Shown: piece after piece, positions 51,601 through 60,389 of the stretch | Layout: each line of letters starts with the position of its first letter | Numbering within the stretch: position 1 is the first letter of the stretch | NCBI GenBank assembly: GCA_965213705.1 | Contig: OZ243913.1 | Location: forward strand, 1,792,001 to 1,856,000 | DNA length: 64,000 nucleotides | Reading direction: 5' to 3' | From: Trueperaceae bacterium | GTDB taxonomy: Bacteria; Deinococcota; Deinococci; Deinococcales; Trueperaceae | Made by a program: the position numbers and the translations under genes | Notes under the pieces: generated by a model | Told to the model about the DNA's origin: nothing | What the model saw: only the letters and a program-made list of their open reading frames with translations | The model's database searches: none

Positions 51601-54600
51601 CGCGGACGGCAACGTTCTCAAGGCGGAGGTAACCCAGGTCATAGCCGGCTTGTCCGACCCGCTCGACCTCATCGAGGACACGCGCAACGGCAACCTCTAC
51701 TTAGCCGAACTCATCGGCGGCGGGACGTCGGGAAAAATCTCGCTGCTCCGTCCCAGCGTCGGCGGTAGCAACAACCCGCCCGCGGTCAGCGCAGGCGTCG
51801 ACCAAAGTGTTGCCTTCCCGGCGGCCGCCAACCTGGACGGCACCGTGAGCGACGACGGCTTGCCCAGCAACACCTTGACGACCCTCTGGAAAAAAGTCAT
51901 CGGCCCCGGCACGGTGACGTTCGGCAACGCCGCGGCGGTCGACACGACGGCCAGCTTCTCGGCAGCCGGCACGTACGTCCTGGAACTCAGCGCCAGCGAC
52001 GGCGCGCTGTCCAACAGCGCCCGCGTCACGGTGGCCGTGCAGACCGCTGCCACTACACAAGCGGTCACCGGCCTGGTCCTCATCAACGCCGACACCGACC
52101 AGGTCATCCGGCCGCTCGTCAGCGGCGACACCCTCGACTACCAGGCTTTGGGCACGAGCAACCTGAGCATCCGCGCCGACACCAGTCCCGCCACGGTGGG
52201 CAGCGTGAGCTTTACCCTCGACGGCAAACCTTACCGAACGGAAAGCCAAGCGCCCTACGCCATCGAAGGGGACGTCTACAAAAGCAACCCGCCCGACTAC
52301 CTGCCTATCAGCCCGGTTTTGGCCTTGGGCGGTCACACCCTCCAAGCCACGCCCTACAGCGAAGGCGCGGCTGCTGGGACGGCCGGTACGTCTCTCACGG
52401 TGAGCTTTACCGTCAGCCAAGGCGCGACCGCCAACAAACCGCCCACAGCTAACTTCAGCTCGAGCTGCAGCAACCTGACCTGCACCTTTACCGACACCAG
52501 TACCGACGCCGACGGCAGCGTGACAGCCTGGAACTGGAACTTCGGCGACGGCTCTACCTCGACCGTTCGGAACGCCTCGCACTCTTTCAGCGCCCCCGGT
52601 GTTTACACGGTGGTGTTGAGCGTGACCGACGACGGCGGCGCGACCGCCACGGTAAGCAAAAACGTTACCGTCACCGCGCCGGCTTCAGGCCAAGCCGTCG
52701 TGAGCTTTACCCTCATCAACGCGGACACCGACCGGGAGGTGGGACCCTTGAGCGAGGGCATGGTCGTCGACTATCAGGCGCTGGGCACGAGCAACATCAG
52801 CGTTCGGGCCAACACCAACCCCGCCACCGTCGGCAGCGTCAGCTTTACGCTCGACGGGTCCCCCTACCGCATCGAGAACCACGCACCTTACTCGCTCGCC
52901 GGGGAGGTGTGGCGAAGCGGACCCACTTCGGAGTACGACCCCGTCACCCCGCCGCTCGGCGTGGGCAGCCACACCCTTCAAGCCACGCCCAACACCGAAA
53001 AGTACGGTGGGGGCAGCGCAGGTGCGGCGCTGACGGTGAACTTTACGGTGCGGCAGGGTACAGCTGCCAACAAGCCGCCGACGGCCGGGTTCAACGCAAG
53101 CTGCAGCAACTTAAGCTGCACTTTCACCGACGCCAGCGCCGACGCCGACGGCAGCGTCACGGCCTGGAATTGGAACTTCGGTGACAACTCTACCTCGACC
53201 TCGCGCAGCCCCGCTCACGCGTACAGCGCCGCGGGCACCTATCCTGTAACCCTGACGGTCACCGACAACGGCGGTGCGACCGCCGCGGTGACCAAAAACG
53301 TTACCGTCACCGCGACCGCTCCGTCCGGCCCGGCGGTCACCCGCCTCGTCCTCGTCAACGCCGACACCGACCAGGTCATCCGGCCGCTCGTCAGTGGTGA
53401 CACCCTCGACTACCAGGCGCTAGGCACGAGCAACCTGAACATCCGCGCCGACACCAGTCCCGCTACGGTGGGCAGTGTGAGCTTTGTGCTCGACGGCAAA
53501 CCTTACCGCATAGAGAGTTACGCTCCCTACACCAGCGCCGGCGACGGCGGCAACAGCATCGGCACCGACTATTATCCGATGAGCCCCGCCCTGGCTCTGG
53601 GGGGTCACACGCTGACCGCCACGGCCTACACCGACAGGAGCGCCGGGGGTACGGCGGGGGCCGCGCTCACGGTCAGCTTTACCGTGACCCAAGGCACGTC
53701 CGCCAACAAAGCGCCCACCGCCGGGTTTAACACAAGCTGCAGCAACTTAAGCTGTACCTTTACCGACACCAGTACCGATGCCGACGGCAGCGTGACGGCC
53801 TGGCGTTGGAACTTCGGCGATGGTGCGACCTCGAGCAGCCGCAACCCTTCACACAGTTATGCCGCGGCGGGCACCTACACCGTAAGCTTGAGCGTGACCG
53901 ACGACGACGGCGCGACCGGTACGGTGAGCAAAAGTGTGACTGTCACCGCGGCTGCGCCGGGTCAGGCGGTGACGAGTTTCAGCCTCATCAACGCGGACAC
54001 CGACCAGGTGATAAGACCCCTTGCCGACGGCGACACCGTCGACTATCAGGCGCTGGGCACGAGCAACATCAGCGTCCGGGCCAACACCAACCCCGCCACC
54101 GTCGGCAGCGTCAGCTTTACGCTCGACGGGTCCCCCTACCGCATCGAGAACCACGCGCCTTACTCGCTCGCCGGGGAGGTGTGGCGAAGCGGACCCACTT
54201 CGGAATACGACCCCATCACCCCGCCGCTCGCTGCGGGCAGCCACACCGTTCAAGCCACGCCCAACACTGAAAAGTACGGCGGGGGCAGCGCCGGCACCCC
54301 GCTCACCGTCAGGTTCACGGTGAAGCAAGGGACGGCCCCTGCCACCCTCCGCTGGGATACGGCCGCGTCGTCACCCCTCGGGCTGACCGAAGCGCAGGGT
54401 GCCGTGGTCGGCGGCAAGCTTTACGTTTTCGGCGGTTACACGTCGTTCAGTCCCGTCACCATCACGCCTAAGGTGAAGGTTTACGACGCCGCGAGCGACA
54501 CCTGGGGGAGTCTGCCGGACGCCCCCACGGCCCTGACCCACGCCGGGGTCGCGGTCGACGGCGACACGGTCTACGTCGCCGGGGGCTACGTCGGCAAGGC

Positions 54601-55234
54601 GGGCGGCGGGCAGGTGTTCGGCACCAAAAACGTGTGGAAGTACGCGCCCGCCACCTCCGCCTGGACCCCGCTGCCCCCGCTGCCCGCCGCGCGGGGGGGC
54701 GGGCAACTTGTAAAACTGGGGGGCGATTTGCACTTCTTCGGCGGCTCGGACTTAAACCGTACCGACCGAGCGGAACACTGGCAACTCGCGCTCAACGGCG
54801 GCACGGCGTGGACGAGCGCCGCCCCGCTGCCGGTCGCGGTCAACCACCACGGTGCCGCGGTGCTGGACGGCAAAATCTACTCCATCGGAGGTCAAAAGGG
54901 ACAAGACAGCAGCGCGGTCGCGCAAGCCTCGGTTTATGTATGGAACCCGTCGTCCGGCGCCTGGACCGCCGCGAAGAGTCTGCCGAAAGCGAGGTCGCAC
55001 GTCATGATGTCGTCTTTCGTGGTGAACGGCCGTTTGCTGGTCGCGGGCGGCGACTCGGTGCCCAACCGAGCCGTGAGCGACGTGACCGTCTACGACCCGA
55101 CGACCGCGACCTGGACGAGCCTCACCCCCTTGCCCGCGGCGCGCATGGCGGGGGTCGGCGTTCCCGTCGGCAACGACATCTTGTTTACGACCGGGTCGGG
55201 CCAAAAAACAACTTACAAAAGCGTCACGGACTGA
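48617..55234 (+). CDS. Giant multidomain surface lipoprotein (Ig-like, malectin, Ig-like, GSDH-like propeller, PKD repeats, Kelch)
   Basis: GGAGG RBS; lipobox LSAC; malectin LHFAELYW..GKRVFDV; GVRNAYDL; PKD WNFGDG/WNFGDN x3; Kelch YVFGG/YVAGG/YSIGG repeats. Confidence 0.85.
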   Translation: MGGQGRRGRYVVFLVLALSLSACFRSPAPEPLAPLAGSSGLVLENLDGVPFNDRLVFSRISGGVTTHKVHDLVTLRLRNTSAASIKVNSLTISDTTEFVLPNNETSLTVAAGAFYDLQVRFVESSGSRGVRLQTLTLDTNDPVQPSQTVQLAGAFMTRPEGDYEVSLQQIADAFGYKINTGQPLLHNDAELRGDEVRSNFWKRADPAKAVYVRQLAAFHGCCSAEDTIQITGAGGGSFKHAGAYGQSLLPLKAGSSGPAEMTVNPTGTFEVKVAGYSSNVNNTSNNGFLSVRFWPVKDRSGAPVPGSYFAVQDFVQNGCGSGSANCDYNDNVYLVTNIAPVTPTSYRLNVGGPAYTDKAGNLYAADTGLFRPSSAPAEPAAGPSTRAIADTEDDTLYQTYRAFLPNTAQDNRKLSYNLSVPPGVYDLRLHFAELYWDAPGKRVFDVIVEDKTLLDNFDILAQTSKFSALVKTFPNISVNGGTLTVTLKAEADYGAVSAIEVVPSGTANLPSPRVTGTAPASGATNVFRNTAVAVDVELPNLGAGVDETTLNTATVKLFKTSGGASVPGTVNTTGGNDAIVYQPSVLLEPGTGYTFQVTSGVKDQAGAAFTPYTMSFTTGTQTSVKMDPNVNFTKTSVFSGSAISTLVIGPDGKLYGAGLDGVVHRWQIDGNGQLKGEQTFRGLAGKAVVGVAFNPNDTKEMYLWTTANEPLYPQPAPDFSGKLYKLRLRGINFVDSDLQLYITGLPRSAKDHLSNSLAFGPDGLLYMNQGGNTAMGAPDSAWYNRPERLLSAAVLQIDPRRTTGLPINVQTEPCDEHCQGTGTSGNYNPYAADAPVKIYASGVRNAYDLVWHSNGKLYVPTNGSAAGGNTPDNPATPQNEALFNVATQDDYLFKVEPGGYYGHPNPKRREYVMNGGNPTASADPAEVVATGVYAGYPVGTQPESKYRGFTYNFGRNRSPNGVLEYKSNAFGGKLKGKLLVVEYSAGDDILALPLSADGNVLKAEVTQVIAGLSDPLDLIEDTRNGNLYLAELIGGGTSGKISLLRPSVGGSNNPPAVSAGVDQSVAFPAAANLDGTVSDDGLPSNTLTTLWKKVIGPGTVTFGNAAAVDTTASFSAAGTYVLELSASDGALSNSARVTVAVQTAATTQAVTGLVLINADTDQVIRPLVSGDTLDYQALGTSNLSIRADTSPATVGSVSFTLDGKPYRTESQAPYAIEGDVYKSNPPDYLPISPVLALGGHTLQATPYSEGAAAGTAGTSLTVSFTVSQGATANKPPTANFSSSCSNLTCTFTDTSTDADGSVTAWNWNFGDGSTSTVRNASHSFSAPGVYTVVLSVTDDGGATATVSKNVTVTAPASGQAVVSFTLINADTDREVGPLSEGMVVDYQALGTSNISVRANTNPATVGSVSFTLDGSPYRIENHAPYSLAGEVWRSGPTSEYDPVTPPLGVGSHTLQATPNTEKYGGGSAGAALTVNFTVRQGTAANKPPTAGFNASCSNLSCTFTDASADADGSVTAWNWNFGDNSTSTSRSPAHAYSAAGTYPVTLTVTDNGGATAAVTKNVTVTATAPSGPAVTRLVLVNADTDQVIRPLVSGDTLDYQALGTSNLNIRADTSPATVGSVSFVLDGKPYRIESYAPYTSAGDGGNSIGTDYYPMSPALALGGHTLTATAYTDRSAGGTAGAALTVSFTVTQGTSANKAPTAGFNTSCSNLSCTFTDTSTDADGSVTAWRWNFGDGATSSSRNPSHSYAAAGTYTVSLSVTDDDGATGTVSKSVTVTAAAPGQAVTSFSLINADTDQVIRPLADGDTVDYQALGTSNISVRANTNPATVGSVSFTLDGSPYRIENHAPYSLAGEVWRSGPTSEYDPITPPLAAGSHTVQATPNTEKYGGGSAGTPLTVRFTVKQGTAPATLRWDTAASSPLGLTEAQGAVVGGKLYVFGGYTSFSPVTITPKVKVYDAASDTWGSLPDAPTALTHAGVAVDGDTVYVAGGYVGKAGGGQVFGTKNVWKYAPATSAWTPLPPLPAARGGGQLVKLGGDLHFFGGSDLNRTDRAEHWQLALNGGTAWTSAAPLPVAVNHHGAAVLDGKIYSIGGQKGQDSSAVAQASVYVWNPSSGAWTAAKSLPKARSHVMMSSFVVNGRLLVAGGDSVPNRAVSDVTVYDPTTATWTSLTPLPAARMAGVGVPVGNDILFTTGSGQKTTYKSVTD

Positions 55235-55253
55235 CGCTCAGAAAAAGGAGACG

Positions 55254-55742
55254 ATGATGAAAAAACTACTTATCCTGCTTGTTCTCGGGTTCACCCTCAG
55301 CGCTCAGGCGCAGTCGACTGTCAGCATGTTCGAGTTTATCCGCTTGAACGAAGGCTTCAGTACCTTGACGGCCGCGCTTGAAGAAACCGGCCTCGACGCG
55401 GTTCTCCAGGGGCCGGGCGAATTTACCCTGTTCGCGCCGACGGACGCCGCCTTCGCCGCCCTGCCGGTGGCCGAACGGAACGCGCTGCTCGGCAATCCCG
55501 AGGCCCTGAGAGCTTTTCTAAACCAACTTATCGTGCCGGAGCGCTCGACCGCGGGGGAGTTGCTCGAGCGCGGGCGCGCCACCACCCAAGCCGGCACGAG
55601 TCTCAGCTTCAGCCGGAGCGGTGACGGGACTGTCCTCGTCGGCGACGCGCCCGTCGTCGGTACGGACCTGGGTGCGGGCGGCATCAAAATCAGCAACGGC
55701 GTCGTTCAGGTGCTGGACACCTTGCCGTCGGCACTGAGGTAG
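55254..55742 (+). CDS. Fasciclin (FAS1) domain exported protein
   Basis: Signal peptide; FTLFAPTDAAF; SNGVVQVLD. Confidence 0.9.
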   Translation: MMKKLLILLVLGFTLSAQAQSTVSMFEFIRLNEGFSTLTAALEETGLDAVLQGPGEFTLFAPTDAAFAALPVAERNALLGNPEALRAFLNQLIVPERSTAGELLERGRATTQAGTSLSFSRSGDGTVLVGDAPVVGTDLGAGGIKISNGVVQVLDTLPSALR

Positions 55743-55783
55743 TCTAACGAGCGCAACACCCACGTTTAACGCTTGATTGGGAT

Positions 55784-55810
55784 GAAACGGCCGCGTTTGG
55801 CGGCCGTTTC
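55784..55810. terminator. Hairpin between convergent genes
   Basis: GAAACGGCCGC-GTTTG-GCGGCCGTTTC. Confidence 0.6.
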
Positions 55811-55862
55811 GCTTTCACGTGTCCCCCACCACGCGTCACCCACCACGTGTCATCCGCAGCCC

Positions 55863-56606
55863 TCAAAGCCAAAAAACCGTGCGCTGCCCCTCACCGGGTA
55901 AGACCTCGGGCGCGGCGCGGTGGAACGATTCGACCAAGAGCCGCCGCGTCAACCGCTGCATAAACATCAGCACGCTTAAAGCTTGGGTTTTGTGCTGGCC
56001 CATCGCCCGCAGCTTGGGTTCAACAAAGTCTCGAACGTCTACATAGTGGGTCGGGTAGAGGTGCGCGGCGCGAATCTGGTCGGGCGCTAGAAAACCCTGC
56101 CGCGCCTCGCTGTCGAAGGGTTTGTCGCTGGCAAAATAGTAAAGCGCCTCCGGTTTGTGGTGGCACGCCCCGAGCGCCGCCATGACAAGCTCGTGCGTCG
56201 CAACGTGGTCGGGGTGGCCGTTCGAACCGTTGGGCGGGAAGGTGAGCAAAGCGCGGGGGCGCAACGTCTCGAGCAGCGCCACCATCTCGCTGACGATGTT
56301 TTCAGCGGGAACAGCCTGCAAACCGTCGCGGTGGTCCATGCCCCGGTCGCCGTCCGGCACGAAGTCGGGGTAGTCCCAAACGTGAACGTTCTCGACACCG
56401 AGTTCGCGCAGCGAGGCGCGCAACTCCAGTTCGCGCAGCGCCGGGAGTTCACCCTGTCGACACAGCCCGAGGGTGCGGCCCGCACCGCCACGAGTAAGGG
56501 TAAGCGTGGCAACCCGCCTGCCATGCGCGGCCATTTTGCTGAACAAACCGCCGCACCCGAATACTTCGTCGTCGGGATGGGGCACGATAAGAAGTAAGTC
56601 GACCAT
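55863..56606 (-). CDS. PIG-L/LmbE family deacetylase
   Basis: VPHPDDE, LTRG, R..E, GHPDH, H.TQ. Confidence 0.9.
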   Translation of the reverse strand: MVDLLLIVPHPDDEVFGCGGLFSKMAAHGRRVATLTLTRGGAGRTLGLCRQGELPALRELELRASLRELGVENVHVWDYPDFVPDGDRGMDHRDGLQAVPAENIVSEMVALLETLRPRALLTFPPNGSNGHPDHVATHELVMAALGACHHKPEALYYFASDKPFDSEARQGFLAPDQIRAAHLYPTHYVDVRDFVEPKLRAMGQHKTQALSVLMFMQRLTRRLLVESFHRAAPEVLPGEGQRTVFWL

Positions 56607-56764
56607 GCGTGAGTCTAACAGCCCGGCAGGTTGCAACGCAGCGCCAGCGTGACCCGGAAGGTCGGCGTGACACGAAAAGTCGGTGTGGGTGCAACCCCGG
56701 CGCGACTTGGTGCCGAAGAGGTTTTGAACCCTTTCCCAAACGCGAGAAGAGGTCAGCTACACAC

Positions 56765-56796
56765 AAAAAGCCCACCGCCTGAAGAGCGGAGGGCTT
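56765..56796 (-). terminator. Intrinsic terminator
   Basis: Minus strand AAGCCCTCCGC-TCTTCAG-GCGGTGGGCTTTTT. Confidence 0.65.
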
Positions 56797-56890
56797 GTAA
56801 GAGGTGATAGTTGAGCTTCGCCGAGACATGCTGCTTAGAAACAGCTCGTCCATTTTTACGGTCGGCAACGTACCGACAACTAAAAACTTA

Positions 56891-57049
56891 TCAGTGGCTG
56901 TCGGCGGTGTTCAAAGAGTCGTCTGTCGGGGTCTCGAGCCAGCTCAGCATTGCGTGGCGACGGTAAATAGGCAAACCCAAAAGCGCAACCGGTATCCCTA
57001 CAGAAATCAGGCCAATCAGTCCTACGGTTAGATAGTCTTGTAACATCAT
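56891..57049 (-). CDS. 52-aa single-TM small protein
   Basis: GGAGA RBS; MMLQDYLTVGLIGLISVGIPVALLGLPIYRRH..; terminator downstream. Confidence 0.55.
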   Translation of the reverse strand: MMLQDYLTVGLIGLISVGIPVALLGLPIYRRHAMLSWLETPTDDSLNTADSH

Positions 57050-57306
57050 TTTGTCTCCGTTCGAAGTGTTTGGTGTTTTGTAAAGAGTGTTGTTTCTGAG
57101 AACTCCAACCACAAAAGTGTAGGACATAAAGCGTCGAACGACAAGAAGTTTGTGTACGCGGCGTGGGGTACGGGAGTACCTTTGGGGTTGCTCAACCGCG
57201 AAAATTAACAGTTGATTAAGCTTTCAACGGCTTCGGGTCAGACAAGACCTTGCCTGAAAAAGGTTTGCCACCTGAACGTTTCAGGCTTTGGTGTATACTT
57301 TCAGTC

Positions 57307-57363
57307 GTGCAACTTCACTTTTCTTGGCTGGGCTCTTTACGATGGCGGCGCTACCAGCGGTAG
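57307..57363 (+). CDS. trpL: Putative trp leader peptide MQLHFSWLGSLRWRRYQR
   Basis: Two TGG codons; GTG 7 nt after TATACT; directly upstream of trpE. Confidence 0.6.
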   Translation: MQLHFSWLGSLRWRRYQR

Positions 57364-57412
57364 CCCACACGCCCCTGATTTGGACGCCTTCCAAGAAAGT
57401 CGAGGACCGCTC

Positions 57413-58849
57413 TTGAGCGCTGCAACTGCCTTGAACCAACGTGTTAAACCCATCTATAAAGAAGTTTTAGCCGACCTTGAAACCCCGCTGACCGCTTACT
57501 TGAAAGTAGCGGGCCATCCCTCGTTTTTGCTCGAGAGCGTCGAGCAGGGCGAGCGGGTGGCGCGCTACTCGTTTATCGGCACGGGCGAGCGCCGCCGGAT
57601 AGAGGCGCGCGGTAGCGTCGTCACCGTGACGACGGCCGAGGGTGCGGAAGTGCTCGAGACCCAAGACCCTTTGCAGGTCCTCTGGGACTTGACCGTGAAA
57701 AATGTCGTACCCAGCCCGGACCTGCCCGGTTTTTGGGCGGGCGCGGTGGGTTACGCCAGCTACGACCTCGTGCGGCAATACGAAACGTTGCCCGACGCCA
57801 ACCCGGACGAGTTGAACATACCTGACCTCCTGTTTATCGAGCCCGAAGTGCTGGTGATTTTCGACCACCTCAAGCGGCGCATCTTCGTCGTTGCACCTGC
57901 ACTCGCTGGGGATGCGGCGGATACGGCGAGGGCCGAGCGAACAGTCGAAACGACCTACGCGCGGCTGCGCGGGCCGCTGCCGGGCGTGCCGGGCGACCGG
58001 GCGGGGCGGCGCACCGAGTTTGTGAGCAGTTTTTCCAAAGAAGGTTACATGGCGGCCGTGGAAAAAGCGGTCGAGTACATCCACGCCGGCGACGTCTTTC
58101 AGGTCGTGCCGAGCCAGCGACTCACGGCGGACTTGGGCGTCCATCCGTTCGCGCTCTACCGCGCGCTGCGCGTCGTCAACCCGAGCCCTTACTTAGGCTA
58201 CCTCGACTTGGGTCCGGTGACGCTCGTCGCGAGCAGCCCCGAAAGCCTCGTCAAGAGCGACGGGCGCAGGGTCGAAACCTTACCGATTGCGGGTACGCGG
58301 CGACGGGGTGCGTCCCTAGAAGAGGACGCTGCCCTCGCCGCCGAACTCCTCGCCGACGAAAAAGAGCGGGCCGAACACATCATGCTCGTGGATTTGGGCC
58401 GGAACGACCTGGGCCGCGTGTGTAAACCCGGCACGGTGAAAGTGACCGACCTCATGCGGATTGAGCGCTACAGCCACGTCATGCACATCGTTTCGACGGT
58501 CGAGGGGGAGTTGCTCGCGGGCAAAACGCCGCTCGACGCGCTCTCGAGCACCCTGCCGATGGGCACCGCCTCGGGTGCGCCCAAAATCCGCGCGATGGAG
58601 ATTATCGACGAGTTGGAGCCCGTTCGCCGCGGCCCCTATGCGGGTGCGTTCGGCTACTTGGGCGTCGGCGGCGACATGGACATGGCGCTCACGCTGCGCA
58701 CCGCCGTCATCGCAAACGGCAAAATCCACCTGCAAGCGGGCGGCGGCGTCGTCGCCGACTCCGACCCCGAAGCGGAGTACACCGAGTCGATGAACAAGCT
58801 GGCGGCGGTTGTAAAGGCGGTTGAGATGGCAACCGAGGGATTAAGCTAG
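57413..58849 (+). CDS. trpE: Anthranilate synthase component I
   Basis: DLETP, FLLES, GDVFQVV, NPSPY, PIAGT, KERAEH.MLVDLGRND, SGAPKIRAM. Confidence 0.95.
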   Translation: MSAATALNQRVKPIYKEVLADLETPLTAYLKVAGHPSFLLESVEQGERVARYSFIGTGERRRIEARGSVVTVTTAEGAEVLETQDPLQVLWDLTVKNVVPSPDLPGFWAGAVGYASYDLVRQYETLPDANPDELNIPDLLFIEPEVLVIFDHLKRRIFVVAPALAGDAADTARAERTVETTYARLRGPLPGVPGDRAGRRTEFVSSFSKEGYMAAVEKAVEYIHAGDVFQVVPSQRLTADLGVHPFALYRALRVVNPSPYLGYLDLGPVTLVASSPESLVKSDGRRVETLPIAGTRRRGASLEEDAALAAELLADEKERAEHIMLVDLGRNDLGRVCKPGTVKVTDLMRIERYSHVMHIVSTVEGELLAGKTPLDALSSTLPMGTASGAPKIRAMEIIDELEPVRRGPYAGAFGYLGVGGDMDMALTLRTAVIANGKIHLQAGGGVVADSDPEAEYTESMNKLAAVVKAVEMATEGLS

Positions 58850-58880
58850 GACGTAGGATGTGGAAAGTGGGTATGAACAT

Positions 58881-59246
58881 ATGGGTCCGGGCAGTGTTCG
58901 CGGTTTAGAAGTTTGGCAAGAAGGTATGGATTTGGTCAAAACGCTTTATTTCCTGACACGAGCTTGGCCCAAAGAAGAGCTGTATAGACTGACATCCCAG
59001 GTACGTAGAGCGGTTATTTCGATCCCAGCAAATCTTGCCGAAGGTGTTGGGCGCGGAACACCTGCTGAAAAGGCGCGTTTTGGTCACATAGCTCTAGGGT
59101 CTGCTTACGAACTCGACACGCTACTTGTTATTGCGCTCGAACTCGAATTTTCCAAGCGGCAAGACTTAGAATCCGTCCAGATAAAGCTTAATCAACTCTG
59201 CAAACGACTTTCCGGTTTCATTCGGTATCAGGAGACGCAGAAATGA
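58881..59246 (+). CDS. Four helix bundle protein (23S rRNA IVP-like family)
   Basis: LEVWQ, PKEELY.LTSQVRRA.ISIPANLAEG, IALGSAYEL.T. Confidence 0.9.
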   Translation: MGPGSVRGLEVWQEGMDLVKTLYFLTRAWPKEELYRLTSQVRRAVISIPANLAEGVGRGTPAEKARFGHIALGSAYELDTLLVIALELEFSKRQDLESVQIKLNQLCKRLSGFIRYQETQK

Positions 59247-59851
59247 CTCTACAACCCACATCCCACACTCCACACCCAAAAACTTTGCTTATCATCGACA
59301 ACTACGACTCGTTCACTTACAACCTCGTGCAGTACCTTGGCGAGCTCGGCGTCGAACCTGTCGTATGGCGGAACGATGCGTTTGCGCTCGAGGACGTTGC
59401 AACGCTGAATCCTGACGGCATCGTCATTTCACCGGGGCCTTGCACGCCTCTCGAAGCCGGTCACTCGGTCGAAACTATCAAACGCTACGACCAAACCTAT
59501 CCCATCCTCGGCGTGTGTTTGGGCCACCAGAGCATCGGCGCGGCTTACGGAGCATCGGTCGTGCGGGCGAACAAAATCATGCACGGCAAAACGAGCCCCA
59601 TTCGGCACGACGGCACGGCGACGTTCAAAGACTTACCCCAAGAGGTCACGGCGACGCGCTACCACTCGCTCATCGTGACAAACTTGCCGGACGAACTCGT
59701 CGCCAACGCCTGGGTCACAGACGACGAGGAAGAGGTCGTGATGGGTTTGCGGCACGCCTCACTGCCGGTTTGGGGCGTGCAGTTTCACCCGGAGAGCGTG
59801 CTGACCGAGACGGGCCACAAGATGCTTCAGAACTTTATAGACATTTGCTGA
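59243..59851 (+). CDS. trpG: Anthranilate synthase component II
   Basis: IDNYDSFTYNL, ISPGP, GVCLGHQ, TRYHSL, QFHPES. Confidence 0.95.
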   Translation: MTLQPTSHTPHPKTLLIIDNYDSFTYNLVQYLGELGVEPVVWRNDAFALEDVATLNPDGIVISPGPCTPLEAGHSVETIKRYDQTYPILGVCLGHQSIGAAYGASVVRANKIMHGKTSPIRHDGTATFKDLPQEVTATRYHSLIVTNLPDELVANAWVTDDEEEVVMGLRHASLPVWGVQFHPESVLTETGHKMLQNFIDIC

Positions 59852-59861
59852 TGGTTCACGG

Positions 59862-60389
59862 ATGATTCACGAGGTCAACACACGAACGTTTTTCCCACTC
59901 GAGCGAACCCTTCACCGTCGCTGGGTCGGCAAGGCGAGCCGGGAAACGCCGGAGCATTTCCGTCTGGACGAGACAAGCTTGTTTCTTGCGTTGCCGGTCG
60001 ACGGCGTCGCTATCGACTACCTGCAGGCGCACGTTCTGCCCGGCATCGGGTTTCAGGTCTCGAGGTTCAACTGGAGGCCGCACGTCTCCGAAGAAGACAA
60101 AATCGACTATTACATCGACATCGTGGAAATTACTGAACACTCGAGCGAGCGTTGGCACGTGCGGGACTTTTACTTAGACATCGTCGTGGTCGAGGGCAAA
60201 CACGCTGAGGTTTTGGACACAGGCGAATACTTGGCTGCCGTTCAAGCGGGTTTTTTGACCCACAAAGAAGCTGCCTTTGCCCTGACGAAAACGCACGCGC
60301 TTTTGAACGCTCTGGCAAAGTACGGCTACAGCCTCGAGGCTTACCTGAACGCGCAGGGAACAACGTTGACATGGTTGGAAGATGACTGA
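59862..60389 (+). CDS. DUF402-like protein
   Basis: DYYIDIVEI..W.VRDFYLDIVV.EG....VLD..E. Confidence 0.6.
   Translation: MIHEVNTRTFFPLERTLHRRWVGKASRETPEHFRLDETSLFLALPVDGVAIDYLQAHVLPGIGFQVSRFNWRPHVSEEDKIDYYIDIVEITEHSSERWHVRDFYLDIVVVEGKHAEVLDTGEYLAAVQAGFLTHKEAAFALTKTHALLNALAKYGYSLEAYLNAQGTTLTWLEDD

Noticed and set aside
56765..56796. IS200/IS605-type end hairpin
   Set aside because: No tnpA/tnpB remnant nearby; the hairpin with U-tract is adequately explained as a terminator.
58881..59246. Diversity-generating retroelement suggested by the Avd-like fold
   Set aside because: No reverse transcriptase and no template/variable repeat pair with adenine-specific differences in the window.
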